Counted from the stretch's first letter, positions 1 to 11,969 are shown. The stretch: DNA of 64,000 nt from Zoogloeaceae bacterium (GCA_024235595.1 JACKMC010000008.1:44482-108481); one strand, 5' to 3'. A program made the numbers and translations. Notes: a model not told the origin generated them from the letters alone.

Positions 1-1930
1 CCTGGAAGCCGGCGAAGGTAGCGATCGGTGCGCCGTCGCCGCGCCCGCCGGGCAGCTCCGCAACCTTGACGGTATAGGCGCGACCATTGGTGTCGATGAC
101 GATCAGCGGCCACACCGTACGGGTCTCGATCACCGCGAAGCCGAAGTCGCCGGTCTTGTAGCCGATCGCCGAGGCGTCGATGCCGTGACCCTGGCGGGCG
201 CGCACCCAGCCGTTCTTCGAGACGATCACCGTGACCGGTTCGTCGGGCACGCTGATCTCGGCCGGCGCGACCGAGGCCACGCTCTCGATCAGGGTGCGGC
301 GCTCATCGCCGTATTTCTTGGCGTCGTCCTGGATTTCCCTGAGGATCAGGCGGGTCATCGCGGCGCGGCTGTCGAGCAGGTGCTGCAGGCCGCTGCGCTC
401 CTCGCGCAGTTCGTTCAGCTCCTTCTCGATGCGGATGCCCTCGAGGCGGGCAAGCTGGCGCAGCCGGATCTCGAGGATGTCCTCGGCCTGCACGTCGCTG
501 AGGCCGAAGGCCGCGATCAGCGCCGGCTTGGGCTCGTCCGACTCGCGGATCACGCGGATCACTTCCTCGATGTTGAGGAAGGCGATCATGCGCCCTTCGA
601 GGATGTGGATGCGGCGATCGACTTCGGCCAGGCGGTGGCGGGTGCGGCGTTCCACCGTGACGTAGCGGAAGTCGATCCACTCGCGCAGGATCTGCACCAG
701 GTTCTTCTGTTGCGGCCGGCCGTCGCGGCCGATCATGGTCATGTTGACCGAGGTGGAGGTCTCGAGGCTGGTGTGGGCCAGCAGCACGGCCATGAACTCG
801 TCGCGGTTCTGGCGGCTCGAGCGCGGCTCCAGCACGATGCGCACCGGCGACTGGTCGGACGACTCGTCGCGCACCGTCTCCACCGCGCCGAGCACCAGCT
901 GCTTGAGGTTCTTCTGTTCCTGGCTGACGTCCTTCTTGCCGGCGCGCGGCTGCGGATTGGTGAGGGTTTCGATCTCGGCCAGCACCTGGGCGGCGGAAAC
1001 CCCATGCGGCAGCTGTTCGACGATCACCCGCCACTGGCCGCGGGCCATCTCCTCGATGCGCCAGCGGGCGCGCACCCGCAGGCTGCCGCGACCGCTGGTG
1101 TAGGCGTCGCGGATTGCCTCGGGGCTGGAAATCAGCTGGCCGCCGCCGGGGAAGTCGGGGCCCGGCATGATCGCCAGCACGTCGGCCAGGGTGGCATCCG
1201 GGTGGCGGATCAGGTGGCAGGTGGCCGCGGCCACTTCGCGCAGGTTGTGCGGCGGGATCTCGGTGGCCATGCCGACCGCGATGCCCGAGGCGCCGGTCTT
1301 GAGGCCGAAGGGCAGGCGCGCCGGCAGCAGCTGCGGCTCTTCGAAGGCGCCGTCGTAGTTGGGCAGGAAATCGACGGTGCCGCGGTCGATCTCGGAGAGC
1401 AGCAGCTCGGCGATCGGGGTGAGACGGCATTCGGTGTAGCGCATCGCCGCCGCCGAGTCGCCGTCGCGCGAGCCGAAGTTGCCCTGGCCATCGACCAGCG
1501 GATAGCGCAGCGAGAAGTCCTGCGCCACCCGCACCATGGCGTCGTAGACCGAGGTGTCGCCGTGGGGGTGGTACTTGCCGATCACGTCGCCGACCACGCG
1601 CGCGGACTTCACGTGCTTGGAGGTGGACGACAGGCGCATCTCGCTCATCGCGTAGAGGATGCGGCGCTGCACCGGCTTCATGCCGTCCTCGACCTGCGGC
1701 AGCGCGCGCGACTTGACCACGCTCATCGCGTAGGCGAGGTAGGCGCGCTCGGCGTAGCGGTCGAGCGGCAGGGCGTCGTCGCCGAGTTCCCCGCCTTCGT
1801 CGTCGGGCGGCACCGGCGGTGCAGGCGGCGCCGCGTCCTGCCCGGCGGGCGGGGGTGGGGCTTCGGCGGCCTCAAGGGCGCCGGGCGGGGTCGGCGGGGC
1901 GCCGAACATGTCGAGGGTGTCGTTGCTCAT
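1..1930 (-). CDS. parC: DNA topoisomerase IV subunit A (runs off the left edge)
   Basis: Manual minus-strand translation from ATG 1930: MSNDTLDMF...[29 protein letters not shown]...[43 protein letters not shown]...AAMRYTE (catalytic Tyr motif). parE is nearby. Absent from the ORF track, presumably because it is truncated by the window. Confidence 0.95.
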   Translation of the reverse strand, partial: MSNDTLDMFGAPPTPPGALEAAEAPPPPAGQDAAPPAPPVPPDDEGGELGDDALPLDRYAERAYLAYAMSVVKSRALPQVEDGMKPVQRRILYAMSEMRLSSTSKHVKSARVVGDVIGKYHPHGDTSVYDAMVRVAQDFSLRYPLVDGQGNFGSRDGDSAAAMRYTECRLTPIAELLLSEIDRGTVDFLPNYDGAFEEPQLLPARLPFGLKTGASGIAVGMATEIPPHNLREVAAATCHLIRHPDATLADVLAIMPGPDFPGGGQLISSPEAIRDAYTSGRGSLRVRARWRIEEMARGQWRVIVEQLPHGVSAAQVLAEIETLTNPQPRAGKKDVSQEQKNLKQLVLGAVETVRDESSDQSPVRIVLEPRSSRQNRDEFMAVLLAHTSLETSTSVNMTMIGRDGRPQQKNLVQILREWIDFRYVTVERRTRHRLAEVDRRIHILEGRMIAFLNIEEVIRVIRESDEPKPALIAAFGLSDVQAEDILEIRLRQLARLEGIRIEKELNELREERSGLQHLLDSRAAMTRLILREIQDDAKKYGDERRTLIESVASVAPAEISVPDEPVTVIVSKNGWVRARQGHGIDASAIGYKTGDFGFAVIETRTVWPLIVIDTNGRAYTVKVAELPGGRGDGAPIATFAGFQ

Positions 1931-2036
1931 TGATTGCCTGGCGAAGCGGATTCGGGCGGCCCGGCAAGAGCTGGCGTGCCGGCCGCGAAACGTCGATCAG
2001 CGGCGCATTGTACGACGACACCCCGGACGCTGCGCA

Positions 2037-2375
2037 TTACACGGTGATGACCTTGTCCACCATCTGCTGCCATTCGATGATCTGCAGCATGGTGCCGCGC
2101 CAGCGCGAATCGGTGGCATCCATGAGGCTGTAGTGCTCAAGGCAGGAGCGACACACCACGATTTCGACTTTCTCCTCGGCCAGCGCCTGCAGGCTCTCGA
2201 GGCAGGGCGAGCCTTCACAGGCGAGCTTCACGCCGGCGCCGTAGAACAGCAGCGCGCGAGGGCGGAAGTTGCCTTCGAGCAGGGTCGCGAAGTAGCGGGT
2301 TGCGAGGCTGTGACGCAAGGCTTCGTCGCCCTGGCCGAGGCCGTCGTTGGTGATCAGGAGTGCGGTGTTGTGCAT
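2037..2375 (-). CDS. DsrE-family / YedF-like sulfur-relay protein
   Basis: 112 aa; LGQGDEAL, LFYGAGVKLACEGSPCLESL and CRSCLEHY (CxxC) motifs typical of the YedF C-terminal DsrE domain. Confidence 0.75.
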   Translation of the reverse strand: MHNTALLITNDGLGQGDEALRHSLATRYFATLLEGNFRPRALLFYGAGVKLACEGSPCLESLQALAEEKVEIVVCRSCLEHYSLMDATDSRWRGTMLQIIEWQQMVDKVITV

Positions 2376-2546
2376 GGAATTGTCGCGAACGGCGATACGT
2401 CGCGTCCCGTTAAGTTGAGGGGGAGAGTCTTGTCAGGCGCGGTCAGCGAGGGGGCGGCGAGGCGGAGCTGGCCGCGCGCTGTCTGCCACCGCCGGCACCT
2501 ATGGGCCGCGCCATGACGCGGGTCGGTGGGTTCGATACGGCACGAA

Positions 2547-3083
2547 TCAAGATGGGAGGTCCGGCGCGATCTGCCTGAGCCGCTCGGCGGCGGGGCTCGA
2601 GCGTGGATGGAATCGACGCGCGGTGAGGAAGGCCAGCGTTGCACCCTCAGCATCCTCGTCACTCAGCAGCAGTTCGCCGAATTGGCACAGGGCGCCGAAA
2701 TGGCGTGGTTCCAGCGACAGGGTGCGGGTGATCGCGCAAGTGCATTCCTCATCCCGGCCAGTCAGGTAAAGCACGACCGAGAGCTTGTTCCAAGCCTCGG
2801 CATAGTCGGGGCAGAGGCGCAGCAGCCGAACCAGCCGGGTTTCGGCGATGTCCAGGCAGTTGTGGGCGATGTCGTCCACCGCCTTGTCGAGCACCTTTGC
2901 GGCTGCCGCGTTGCGATGCGACATCCAGGTGTCCCAGATCAGGTCTTCGACCGCCTCGGCGTCGCTGTCGGGGTGTCGCAGCGTGGTAAACAGCATGTCG
3001 AGGCGTGCCGGCATCGCCGCCGCAGGGCGACGGTACGGCAGCGTGGGCAAGAGGCGTAGAACACAGTCGGCATTGTCGATCAT
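2547..3083 (-). CDS. Tetratricopeptide repeat protein
   Basis: TPR signatures PDYAEAWNKL and LEPRHFGALCQFG; GAGGAGG RBS upstream of ATG 3083. Confidence 0.8.
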   Translation of the reverse strand: MIDNADCVLRLLPTLPYRRPAAAMPARLDMLFTTLRHPDSDAEAVEDLIWDTWMSHRNAAAAKVLDKAVDDIAHNCLDIAETRLVRLLRLCPDYAEAWNKLSVVLYLTGRDEECTCAITRTLSLEPRHFGALCQFGELLLSDEDAEGATLAFLTARRFHPRSSPAAERLRQIAPDLPS

Positions 3084-3158
3084 GATTTTCGTCCTCCTCG
3101 GTCGGTTGCAATCTCGGTTCGGGGGGCATCAGCATGGCTTGCCCGCCCGCATTCCGCA

Positions 3159-3288
3159 GTGGAACTCGATCCTTGCGCGCCGCTGAGACGCAGTATGTGA
3201 CGGCGCGGCGCCCGATGCTCGTGATGCATGCCATGTTTGCCGGCTGTTCTCGACAAACTGCGCGGCCCGGCCGGGGAAAGGGTTCCAC
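3159..3288 (-). ncRNA. Candidate structured RNA / 5' leader of the TPR gene
   Basis: Closing helix GTGGAAC/GTTCCAC encloses three internal hairpins and begins at the predicted TSS; no family recognised. Confidence 0.3.
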
Positions 3289-3294
3289 AGCTCG

Positions 3295-3324
3295 AATATA
3301 GAGAAATTGTTGCGCTGCAGCAAT
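3295..3324 (-). promoter_or_regulatory. Putative sigma70 promoter (TTGCTG-N17-TATATT) overlapped by a palindromic operator
   Basis: Minus-strand -35 at 3318-3323, -10 at 3295-3300, 17-nt spacer; near-palindrome ATTGTTGCGCTGCAGCAAT at 3306-3324. Confidence 0.5.
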
Positions 3325-3495
3325 CGTTTTCTTCGCTCGGCAAGCGCTTCGTGCAGGCCATCCGCATTCGACGCCCTCGCAGCCTTGTGTCGGGGCGAGA
3401 GCCTGCTATGACGAAGAGAAGGGGGGCGGCATCATCGAATGGGCAGGTCCGCGCGCGGGCGGCCGGCCCGGGATGGCGAAAGTACGGGGGGTCGG

Positions 3496-4320
3496 ATGAG
3501 GCTGGTGCGTGCGCGGGCGATCGGGTGGCATGGGCGCGGACTGCTTGCGCTGACGGTCCTGCTGGCGGCGGGCCGGGTCCTTGCAGCGGGCTTCATCGAT
3601 ACGCCACAGGTCAATGGGGTGAATGCGGAGATCCTCGCCGCGCGTGGCGATGAAGCCTTCGAACGACAGCTGGAGATCGCGCGGCAGCGTGGTGAGGCGG
3701 GGTGCCGGAAGCATTGCACCATGATCGCGCGTGCTGTGGGCGCGGTGCTGGGCGCGGCCCGCAGGCAGAGCGAGTTCGCACGCAGCACAGGATGGCGGGT
3801 CGCGGCGAGCAGCGCTCGCGGCGCCGAAGCCTACGCGTTTCCCGGCGGCCAGATCGTGGTCTCGGAAGGCTTGATCGACAGTCTCGCACTGAACGAGGCC
3901 GAACTCGCCTTCGTGCTCGCTCACGAGGTGGCACATGTACTTCTGCGCCACGAGGGCCAGACGCTCGCCCTGGCCGACGCGATGAGCCTGCCGCGCGGCG
4001 TATCGCGCAGCATCGACGATCTGTATTTCCAGATGGGTTTCGATATCGGGATGTTGCTGAGGATGGCGCCGCTGCTGCAGCGTGCCGAGCTCGAGGCTGA
4101 CGGCGCCGCGCTAGTGCTCGGTGCACAGGCGGGGTATCGCCCCGACGAGATGGCCGGCTTCGTGCGCAAGCTGGTGGCAGCCGAGGCTTCGGTGCAGGCG
4201 TTGTTGGCAACTCACCCGGCTGGCGGCGAGCGACTGCGGGAGGTGGAACGGGCGCTGCCGCTGGCGCGAGGCGTATGGCGGAGGTTCGGACGCCAGCGCG
4301 GGGACGCTCCGCTTCGCTGA
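3496..4320 (+). CDS. M48-family zinc metallopeptidase
   Basis: AYAFPGGQIVVSEGL, LAHEVAH (HExxH), ELEAD and THP motifs; N-terminal hydrophobic segment; start could be as early as 3439. Confidence 0.85.
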   Translation: MRLVRARAIGWHGRGLLALTVLLAAGRVLAAGFIDTPQVNGVNAEILAARGDEAFERQLEIARQRGEAGCRKHCTMIARAVGAVLGAARRQSEFARSTGWRVAASSARGAEAYAFPGGQIVVSEGLIDSLALNEAELAFVLAHEVAHVLLRHEGQTLALADAMSLPRGVSRSIDDLYFQMGFDIGMLLRMAPLLQRAELEADGAALVLGAQAGYRPDEMAGFVRKLVAAEASVQALLATHPAGGERLREVERALPLARGVWRRFGRQRGDAPLR

Positions 4321-4480
4321 TCTGCGCCCGCGTGAGCGGGCCTGGCGCTCTCGAAGCTGTTCCGCGACAAGCATGCGTGGGTGCCTCACGAGAGCCGCCT
4401 TGCCCGCTGCACAGCCAGCGCATGATCGAAGAGGCCTGGCTCGAAGCGCTGGATCGCCATCGATCGGGCTGCCGGGCGGC

Positions 4481-6457
<1,977 letters not shown>

Positions 6458-6640
6458 GATGTTTCCGTGTGCTGCTCGACCGGATCGGTCGGCAGGATTG
6501 CTTCCGGCGGCAAGGATAGCGGCTTTGGGGCAGGCCTGCCGAGCGGATGTGAGCAGCGGGACGCCTCGCGGGCTAAGCTGTCGAAATTGCCGCGGCGCGC
6601 TCGGCGCGCGCCCGCGCCTTGCCCGAAGGAGGTTTTCGCC

Positions 6641-7270
6641 ATGATCATCGACATCAGCCCCGGCATCCATCCCGGCCTGCCGGTGTGGCCCGGGGATGCG
6701 CCGGTCGAGTTCGAGCGCACCGCGACGATCGGGCCGGACTGCCCGGTCAATGTCTCGAAGATCAGCCTGTCGACCCACACCGGCGCGCATGCCGATGCGC
6801 CTTTTCATTTCGACGCCGAGGGCCTCGCCATCGACCAGGTGCCGCTCGACACCTACCTGGGGCGCTGCCGGGTGATCCACCTGATCGGTATGCGTGGCGC
6901 GGTCCGGCCCGAGCAGGTCGCCGCGCGGCTCGCCGATTGCCCGCCGCGGGTGTTGTTCCGCACTTATGCGTGCGCGCCGCAGGGCGCCTGGGACAGCGAC
7001 TTCTCCACGGTGGCGCCCGAAACCATCGACCTGCTGGCGGCGCACGGGGTGAAGCTGGTCGGACTCGACACCCCCTCGCTCGACCCCGAGAGCGCCACCA
7101 TCATGCATGCCCACCTCGCGGTGTGCCGCCACGGCATGGTGATCCTCGAGGGGCTGGTGCTCGATGCCGCCGAAGAAACCGACTACGAGTTGATCGCCTT
7201 GCCGCTCAAGCTTGCCGGGCTGGATGCTTCGCCGGTGCGCGCGGTGCTGCGCCCGCTCGCCGGAAGCTGA
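6641..7270 (+). CDS. kynB: Kynurenine formamidase (arylformamidase, cyclase family)
   Basis: [18 protein letters not shown] (HxGxHxDxPxH), [18 protein letters not shown]...DASPVRAVL; AGGAGG RBS. Confidence 0.88.
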   Translation: MIIDISPGIHPGLPVWPGDAPVEFERTATIGPDCPVNVSKISLSTHTGAHADAPFHFDAEGLAIDQVPLDTYLGRCRVIHLIGMRGAVRPEQVAARLADCPPRVLFRTYACAPQGAWDSDFSTVAPETIDLLAAHGVKLVGLDTPSLDPESATIMHAHLAVCRHGMVILEGLVLDAAEETDYELIALPLKLAGLDASPVRAVLRPLAGS

Positions 7271-7551
7271 CCGCAAAGGCTCGTTCCACTTGGCTGTCGA
7301 GCGGGGCGGGCCTTCCATGGGCAAGACTGCTCGTGCGAGTTGCGGCGGACCCTGCTGCTCCGGAATGCACCGCGTGCCGTGGCTCGCCACGAGCCAGGCG
7401 CTGCAGGGTGCCGCGCTGTTTTACGGGCAAGGACCGGTGCCCGGTTCGGCCTTGAAGCCGGGGAGCGTGCTCGCACGGGGCAAGGCCGCGGAACATGCGG
7501 CCCGGCCATTTTGGCGAAGCCGCAGGACTGAAGGGCCGCCGGTGCCTGTGC

Positions 7552-7585
7552 GCGCTGGGCCATGGGCATTCCCATGGCCCAGCGC
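7552..7585. terminator. 15-bp perfect hairpin between the convergent kynB and HD genes
   Basis: GCGCTGGGCCATGGG-CATT-CCCATGGCCCAGCGC; no U-tract. Confidence 0.45.
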
Positions 7586-7588
7586 ACC

Positions 7589-8215
7589 TCAACGCATCTC
7601 GCGCCCGAGCTGTGCCAGGTAGGTGCGCATGAAGGCGACCCGCTCGGCCGCCTCGCTGCGGGCCGCCGCGGTGTGCAGGGTCTCGGCGACACGAAACAGC
7701 TTGCGGTAGAAGTGATCCACGCAGAAGGCCTGGTCGTCCGGCTCGCGCTCGTCGCAGAAGGGATCGTCGGCCGAGTAGAGCGGGCGTTGCAGCACGCCGC
7801 CCACCAGCAGGCAGCGCGAGATGCCGATCGCACCCAGGCCGTCGATGCGGTCTGCATCCTGCACTACCTGCGCTTCGAGCGTGCGGGCGGGGATCGCGGC
7901 GCTGAAGCTGTGTGCCTCGATGGCGTGCGCGATGGCCGGCCGCAGCGCTTCCGGGTAGTCGATGCTGTGCAGAAAACGGCTTGCTTCCTGAGCGGCGAGG
8001 CGCGAGCCGAGATGACGCTCGGGGTGGTTCTTGGGCAGGCTTACGCAGTCGTGGAGCCAGGCCGCCGGAATCACTATCGCCAGCTCGGCCCCTTCGGCGG
8101 TGGCGAAGCGGCGGGCGCATTCGACAACCCGGCGCACATGCTGCAGGTCGTGCGCCGGGTCGGGCGGCAAGCGGCTGGCGATGTACTCGGCAAAGCGCGA
8201 TTCGGGCAGGGTCAA
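7589..8215 (-). CDS. HD-domain phosphohydrolase (YedJ-like)
   Basis: AHDLQHVRRV, AAWLHDCV, IEAHSFS, VQDADRIDGLGAIG, DHFYRKL; probable TTG start at 8215. Confidence 0.85.
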   Translation of the reverse strand: MTLPESRFAEYIASRLPPDPAHDLQHVRRVVECARRFATAEGAELAIVIPAAWLHDCVSLPKNHPERHLGSRLAAQEASRFLHSIDYPEALRPAIAHAIEAHSFSAAIPARTLEAQVVQDADRIDGLGAIGISRCLLVGGVLQRPLYSADDPFCDEREPDDQAFCVDHFYRKLFRVAETLHTAAARSEAAERVAFMRTYLAQLGREMR

Positions 8216-8348
8216 GGCGGCCTCGGCGGTAAATGCGGCGGCCCCACATGGTGGCGCATCCTGCCCGTGGCGAAAAGCCCGCGTGCCCGACGAGGCAGCG
8301 CTGCGGGGGCCCTGCAGGACGCAGCGCCCGCGGCGGGCGCGGTTTCGA

Positions 8349-9755
8349 TCAGGGATGCGCCGGTGCTTGCGAGAGCGCAAGCGTCGCGCCCCGACGTCGG
8401 GCGAAGCCGGCAATCAAGCCGATCCCCGCCAGCATCAGCGCCCAGGATTCGGGTTCCGGAACCGCCGCGGCAACCGTGAGCCGGCCCAGGATGCCGTCAC
8501 GTTCTTCGTTGGGCCCGGCGGTGAAGTACAGGCTGTTGGCGTCGCCGAGGGACCAGCCATTGCCGAAGGTGAGGCCCCAGATGCCGTCGATGCTGATGAT
8601 CTCGCCATCGGCATCCCGCAGGTAGCCCTTCTGGTCGCCGGTTTCCAGATCGAAGGCGACGATGGTGCCGTCGCCGAAATTCGCCACCAGCAGGTCGCCG
8701 CCGAAGGCACCGAATTCTTCGGGAGCGATGACCATGCCCCAGGGGGCGTTGAGCAGTTCGTGCCCGGCGAAGTCCTGCAGCATGTTGCCGTCGCGGTCGT
8801 AGGCGACGATGCGGCCGAAGCCCGCGCCGGGGATCTCTTCGGTGGGCTCGTCGATCTCGAACGAGTTCTCCGCCCAGGCGACATAGATGCGGCCGTCGCC
8901 GAGTACCTGCACATTGAAGGGGTGGTAGGTGATCGACAGATCGGCGGGGCGCTCGAACATGCCGGGCGCGCTGATCTCGTTCCACTGGTTGTTGAAGCTC
9001 ATGACGCGGCCGTTGGCGAAGTCGGCCACGTAAAGACGGTTGTCCGCGACCGCATTGCCGCCGGCGTCGGTGCTCCAGTGATCGGTGGTCATTGCCACGC
9101 CGTTGAAGCCGGGCCGCGCGATGAGCCCCTCGGCTGCGTAGTCGATGCCAGAGTAGTCCTTGATCACCACGGCTTCGAGCATGCCCGGGTCGGTCTTGGT
9201 GCGCCAGGCGTTGATGGTGCCTTCCTGGGTCACGAAGATGAACTTGGCCGAACCCGCGTCGATGCCCGCGTTGCTGCCGTTGGAGAAATTGACGGCCGGG
9301 CCTGAGACATGGAACTCGACGGGCTGGCCGGGCAGGTCGCTGGCCGCGTTGTAGACCTGCCCGGTGACCGTGGCGATGCCATCGGAGGCCGTCTGCACCA
9401 GATCGAGGTCGCGCGCGCTGGTGACGATCGGGATCACCTTGAGCCCGTCCTGGTAGAGCGGGATCGCGGCGCCGCCGCCCACCGGGCTCAGCACGTCGCC
9501 GATGTAGGTGGTGGTGGTGCCGGTGCCCGCATTGCTGGTCCAGATGTGCCCACCGGCGCCGGGTGGGCGCAGTGCGATGCCCCAGGGGTTGACCAGATAG
9601 GGGTCGACGAGGGCGGTGGGATTGTATTTGGCGTCGTTGGCGACGAGCCGGGTCTGCAGGTAGGCATTGGCGCCCCCGGCGAGTGCATGCGCCGAACAGG
9701 CGAGGGTCAGCGCCGAGGCCGCGAGGCGCAGGCCGCTGGTGAGGATCGTGGACAT
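8349..9755 (-). CDS. TIGR03118-like secreted protein with PEP-CTERM sorting signal
   Basis: Signal peptide; LVNPWGIA, LNAPWG, LLVANFGDG and YFTAGPNEERDG motifs; C-terminal VPEPESWALMLAGIGLIAGFARRR. Confidence 0.85.
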   Translation of the reverse strand: MSTILTSGLRLAASALTLACSAHALAGGANAYLQTRLVANDAKYNPTALVDPYLVNPWGIALRPPGAGGHIWTSNAGTGTTTTYIGDVLSPVGGGAAIPLYQDGLKVIPIVTSARDLDLVQTASDGIATVTGQVYNAASDLPGQPVEFHVSGPAVNFSNGSNAGIDAGSAKFIFVTQEGTINAWRTKTDPGMLEAVVIKDYSGIDYAAEGLIARPGFNGVAMTTDHWSTDAGGNAVADNRLYVADFANGRVMSFNNQWNEISAPGMFERPADLSITYHPFNVQVLGDGRIYVAWAENSFEIDEPTEEIPGAGFGRIVAYDRDGNMLQDFAGHELLNAPWGMVIAPEEFGAFGGDLLVANFGDGTIVAFDLETGDQKGYLRDADGEIISIDGIWGLTFGNGWSLGDANSLYFTAGPNEERDGILGRLTVAAAVPEPESWALMLAGIGLIAGFARRRGATLALSQAPAHP

Positions 9756-9813
9756 GTTCGCTCCCGTGTTGATGGCGCGACCTGCCCGTGCGGGCAGGTC
9801 GCGGGACAACGCA

Positions 9814-11265
9814 TCAGGCCTTGCGGCGACGCGCTGCAACGCCCAGCAGACCGAGACCCGCGAGCATCATGGCGTAGGTTTCGGGCTCGGGTACGGCGGC
9901 GGTGATCATGATCGTGCGATCGACGCCGCTGGCGGGGTGCTGGACATTCACATAGGCGACGTTGGGGTTGAACCTGTCGAAGTACAGTCCGGTGTTCTCG
10001 GAGCCGGCGGCACCGTTGGAGGCCCAGCGGGCGAGGCCTTCACCTTCGTCGAGAAGGTCGCCGTCGTGGTTGAGGTCCACCGCCAGCCAGATGTCGTCGT
10101 CACTGCCGCCGTTGCGGTCCTCGACAATGTAGATGTTGCCGACCGCGTCGATGGCGAGGTTGTCGGCATTGCGCAGGCCACCGCCCGCGGCGGTGCCGGT
10201 TGCCAGATCCATGAAGCTGGAGTCGGCGAACAGGCGCACCTCGCCGGTGCTCAGGTTCATGTTGTAGACGCGGCTGCGGCCGTCGGTGGTGTTGGCGTTG
10301 TCGTCGGAATCGGTGGTCGCCCAGTAGAGCAGTTGGTCGCCGTTCGCGAGGGTCTGGAGCTCGAGGTCTTCGGGCCGGTTGTAGCCGCTGCCGAGCACGC
10401 TGGCGACGTCGGCGGTGGCGCGTCCGTCGATGGTCGTGCCGTCGGCAGCCATCACCGACAGTCCGGCAATCGGGCTGCCGTCGGCCTGGGTGATCGCTAC
10501 CCAGGAACTCGCTCCGGTGATCGCCGGGCCGTTGTTGCCTTCGAACTGGCCGCCGGCGCCGACTTTCAGCACGAAGGACTGGCCGGCGGCGAAGTAATCG
10601 TCGCCGCTGGTCGCGTTCGGGTTGGCGGAGACGTACTTGTAGATCGAGCCGCCGTTCAGTTCATCGACGAAGTAGAGCGATTTGCCGGCGTCGAAGGCCA
10701 GGCCCTCGTGCGAGACGCGGGGGATGATCGAGCGGGCGACGAAGTCACCGCCGTTGGCCGTTGCGGTGGTGGCGTTGGTGATCTCGAAGATGCGGCCCCG
10801 GCTGCTGCCCGTGCCCCAGGATTCCTCGGCCGTTAGATAGCTGCCCCACGGCGTCCAGCGTGAGGCGTCGCCCGAGACGAAGCTCTGCGTTCCCGGGGCG
10901 ACGATGGTCACCGTGCGGGTGGTGTAGTTGCTGTCCCACAGATCGATGCGCTGCACGCCGGCGCTGTTCGTCTCGAAGGGCATGAACAGGTAACGTCCGG
11001 CGTCGGGGCCGGTCTCGTTTGCGGTGATCATGTCGAAGTTGCCCGAGCTGGAGCCCGGCACGAGGCTGTTCTGGGTGGCACGGTCGGCAATCGTGACCTG
11101 GGTGAAGTCGGGGCTCGACAGCACGAAGGGCTGCGATTCGTCCGCGATCACGCCGCTCGAACTGCTCAAGGGCGTGATGTTGTCGAAGAGGGTATCGGCG
11201 GCAAAGGCGGGGGTGCTTGCCAGCGCAGCGATTGCGAGGGCAATGCGGGACGGTGTGAGGATCAT
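9814..11265 (-). CDS. PhoX/DUF839-like alkaline phosphatase with PEP-CTERM sorting signal
   Basis: WTPWGSYLTAEE, SHEGLAFD, RPEDLE, ADNLAID, ENTG and VNVQHP motifs; Sec-type signal; C-terminal VPEPETYAMMLAGLGLLGVAARRRKA. Confidence 0.8.
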   Translation of the reverse strand: MILTPSRIALAIAALASTPAFAADTLFDNITPLSSSSGVIADESQPFVLSSPDFTQVTIADRATQNSLVPGSSSGNFDMITANETGPDAGRYLFMPFETNSAGVQRIDLWDSNYTTRTVTIVAPGTQSFVSGDASRWTPWGSYLTAEESWGTGSSRGRIFEITNATTATANGGDFVARSIIPRVSHEGLAFDAGKSLYFVDELNGGSIYKYVSANPNATSGDDYFAAGQSFVLKVGAGGQFEGNNGPAITGASSWVAITQADGSPIAGLSVMAADGTTIDGRATADVASVLGSGYNRPEDLELQTLANGDQLLYWATTDSDDNANTTDGRSRVYNMNLSTGEVRLFADSSFMDLATGTAAGGGLRNADNLAIDAVGNIYIVEDRNGGSDDDIWLAVDLNHDGDLLDEGEGLARWASNGAAGSENTGLYFDRFNPNVAYVNVQHPASGVDRTIMITAAVPEPETYAMMLAGLGLLGVAARRRKA

Positions 11266-11567
11266 CGGATTTCGCTCCTGACGGAATTGCTCGAAGGCCG
11301 GATTGGCCTGGGCGGGAGTCTGAAAGCCGTCTGTTACAAAATATCGGGACGCGGGCGACGAATGCTGCGCGGGTCGCGCCGCAGCCGCCTGTGAAGGCGT
11401 GCTACCGACCGCGGACGAGGGTGTCCACGGCGCAGCAAGGCTCCCGTCGTGCCCGCGCGGGCCAGCCTGGAGTGGCATCGAGAGCGACGACGCCGATCGG
11501 CGACCTCGCGGTACCGGCGCGATGCCGGTCCCCGCCGTCGATGGTGAGGGGGTGCGCTGCAGCGACG

Positions 11568-11969
11568 CTATTTCACTTCGATCGCGATCGTGGTGCTCAG
11601 CTCGGGGCCGTAGGACTGATGCGCGCCATCGGCGAACTGCAGCGTCAAGGTGTGCTTCCCGGGAGGGAGCTTGAGCGTGGTTTCGGTCTGGCCCTTGCCG
11701 AAGTGCATGTGGGTCGCGTCTGCGGGGACGACGCTACCCTTGGGAACCGCTTTGCCGTCGACGATCAGGTGGTGGTGGCCGGTGCCCTCCAGCAACTGCC
11801 CTGCGGGGGCCACTGTCATGCCCTCGACGCCCATCCTCACGGTGAACTCGGACGCTACGGTGGCACCATCGACCGGCTCGAGGAACATCACGCGACCGCC
11901 GGCCAGGGCTTGGGCGGCCAGCAAAGTGGTGGTGAGGATGCCGAACAGGATTTGTCGAGGAATATTCAT
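11568..11969 (-). CDS. DUF4399-family secreted protein
   Basis: Signal peptide; GHHHLIVD, HFGKGQTET, LPPGKHTLTLQFADGAH. Confidence 0.85.
   Translation of the reverse strand: MNIPRQILFGILTTTLLAAQALAGGRVMFLEPVDGATVASEFTVRMGVEGMTVAPAGQLLEGTGHHHLIVDGKAVPKGSVVPADATHMHFGKGQTETTLKLPPGKHTLTLQFADGAHQSYGPELSTTIAIEVK

Noticed and set aside
185-1933. 582-aa plus-strand ORF and similar long antisense ORFs (e.g. 4121-6430, 14422-16395, 40461-43220, 50960-52891)
   Set aside because: Shadow frames of well-supported genes on the opposite strand, as expected in high-GC DNA; no recognisable motifs
3180-3215. yybP-ykoY riboswitch suggested by CGTCACATACT
   Set aside because: The flanking GGGGAGTAG and GAGACC elements are absent
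6458-7390. Apparent 310-aa N-terminal extension of ParE
   Set aside because: It overlaps kynB on the opposite strand; ParE homology begins at ATG 6457
7271-7551. Remnant of kynU or kynA after kynB
   Set aside because: No recognisable kynureninase or dioxygenase motifs in the frames examined
11320-11352. Pho box upstream of the PhoX-like gene
   Set aside because: Only one good half-site (TTGTAAC on the minus strand); neighbouring partial sites are 13 nt apart rather than 11
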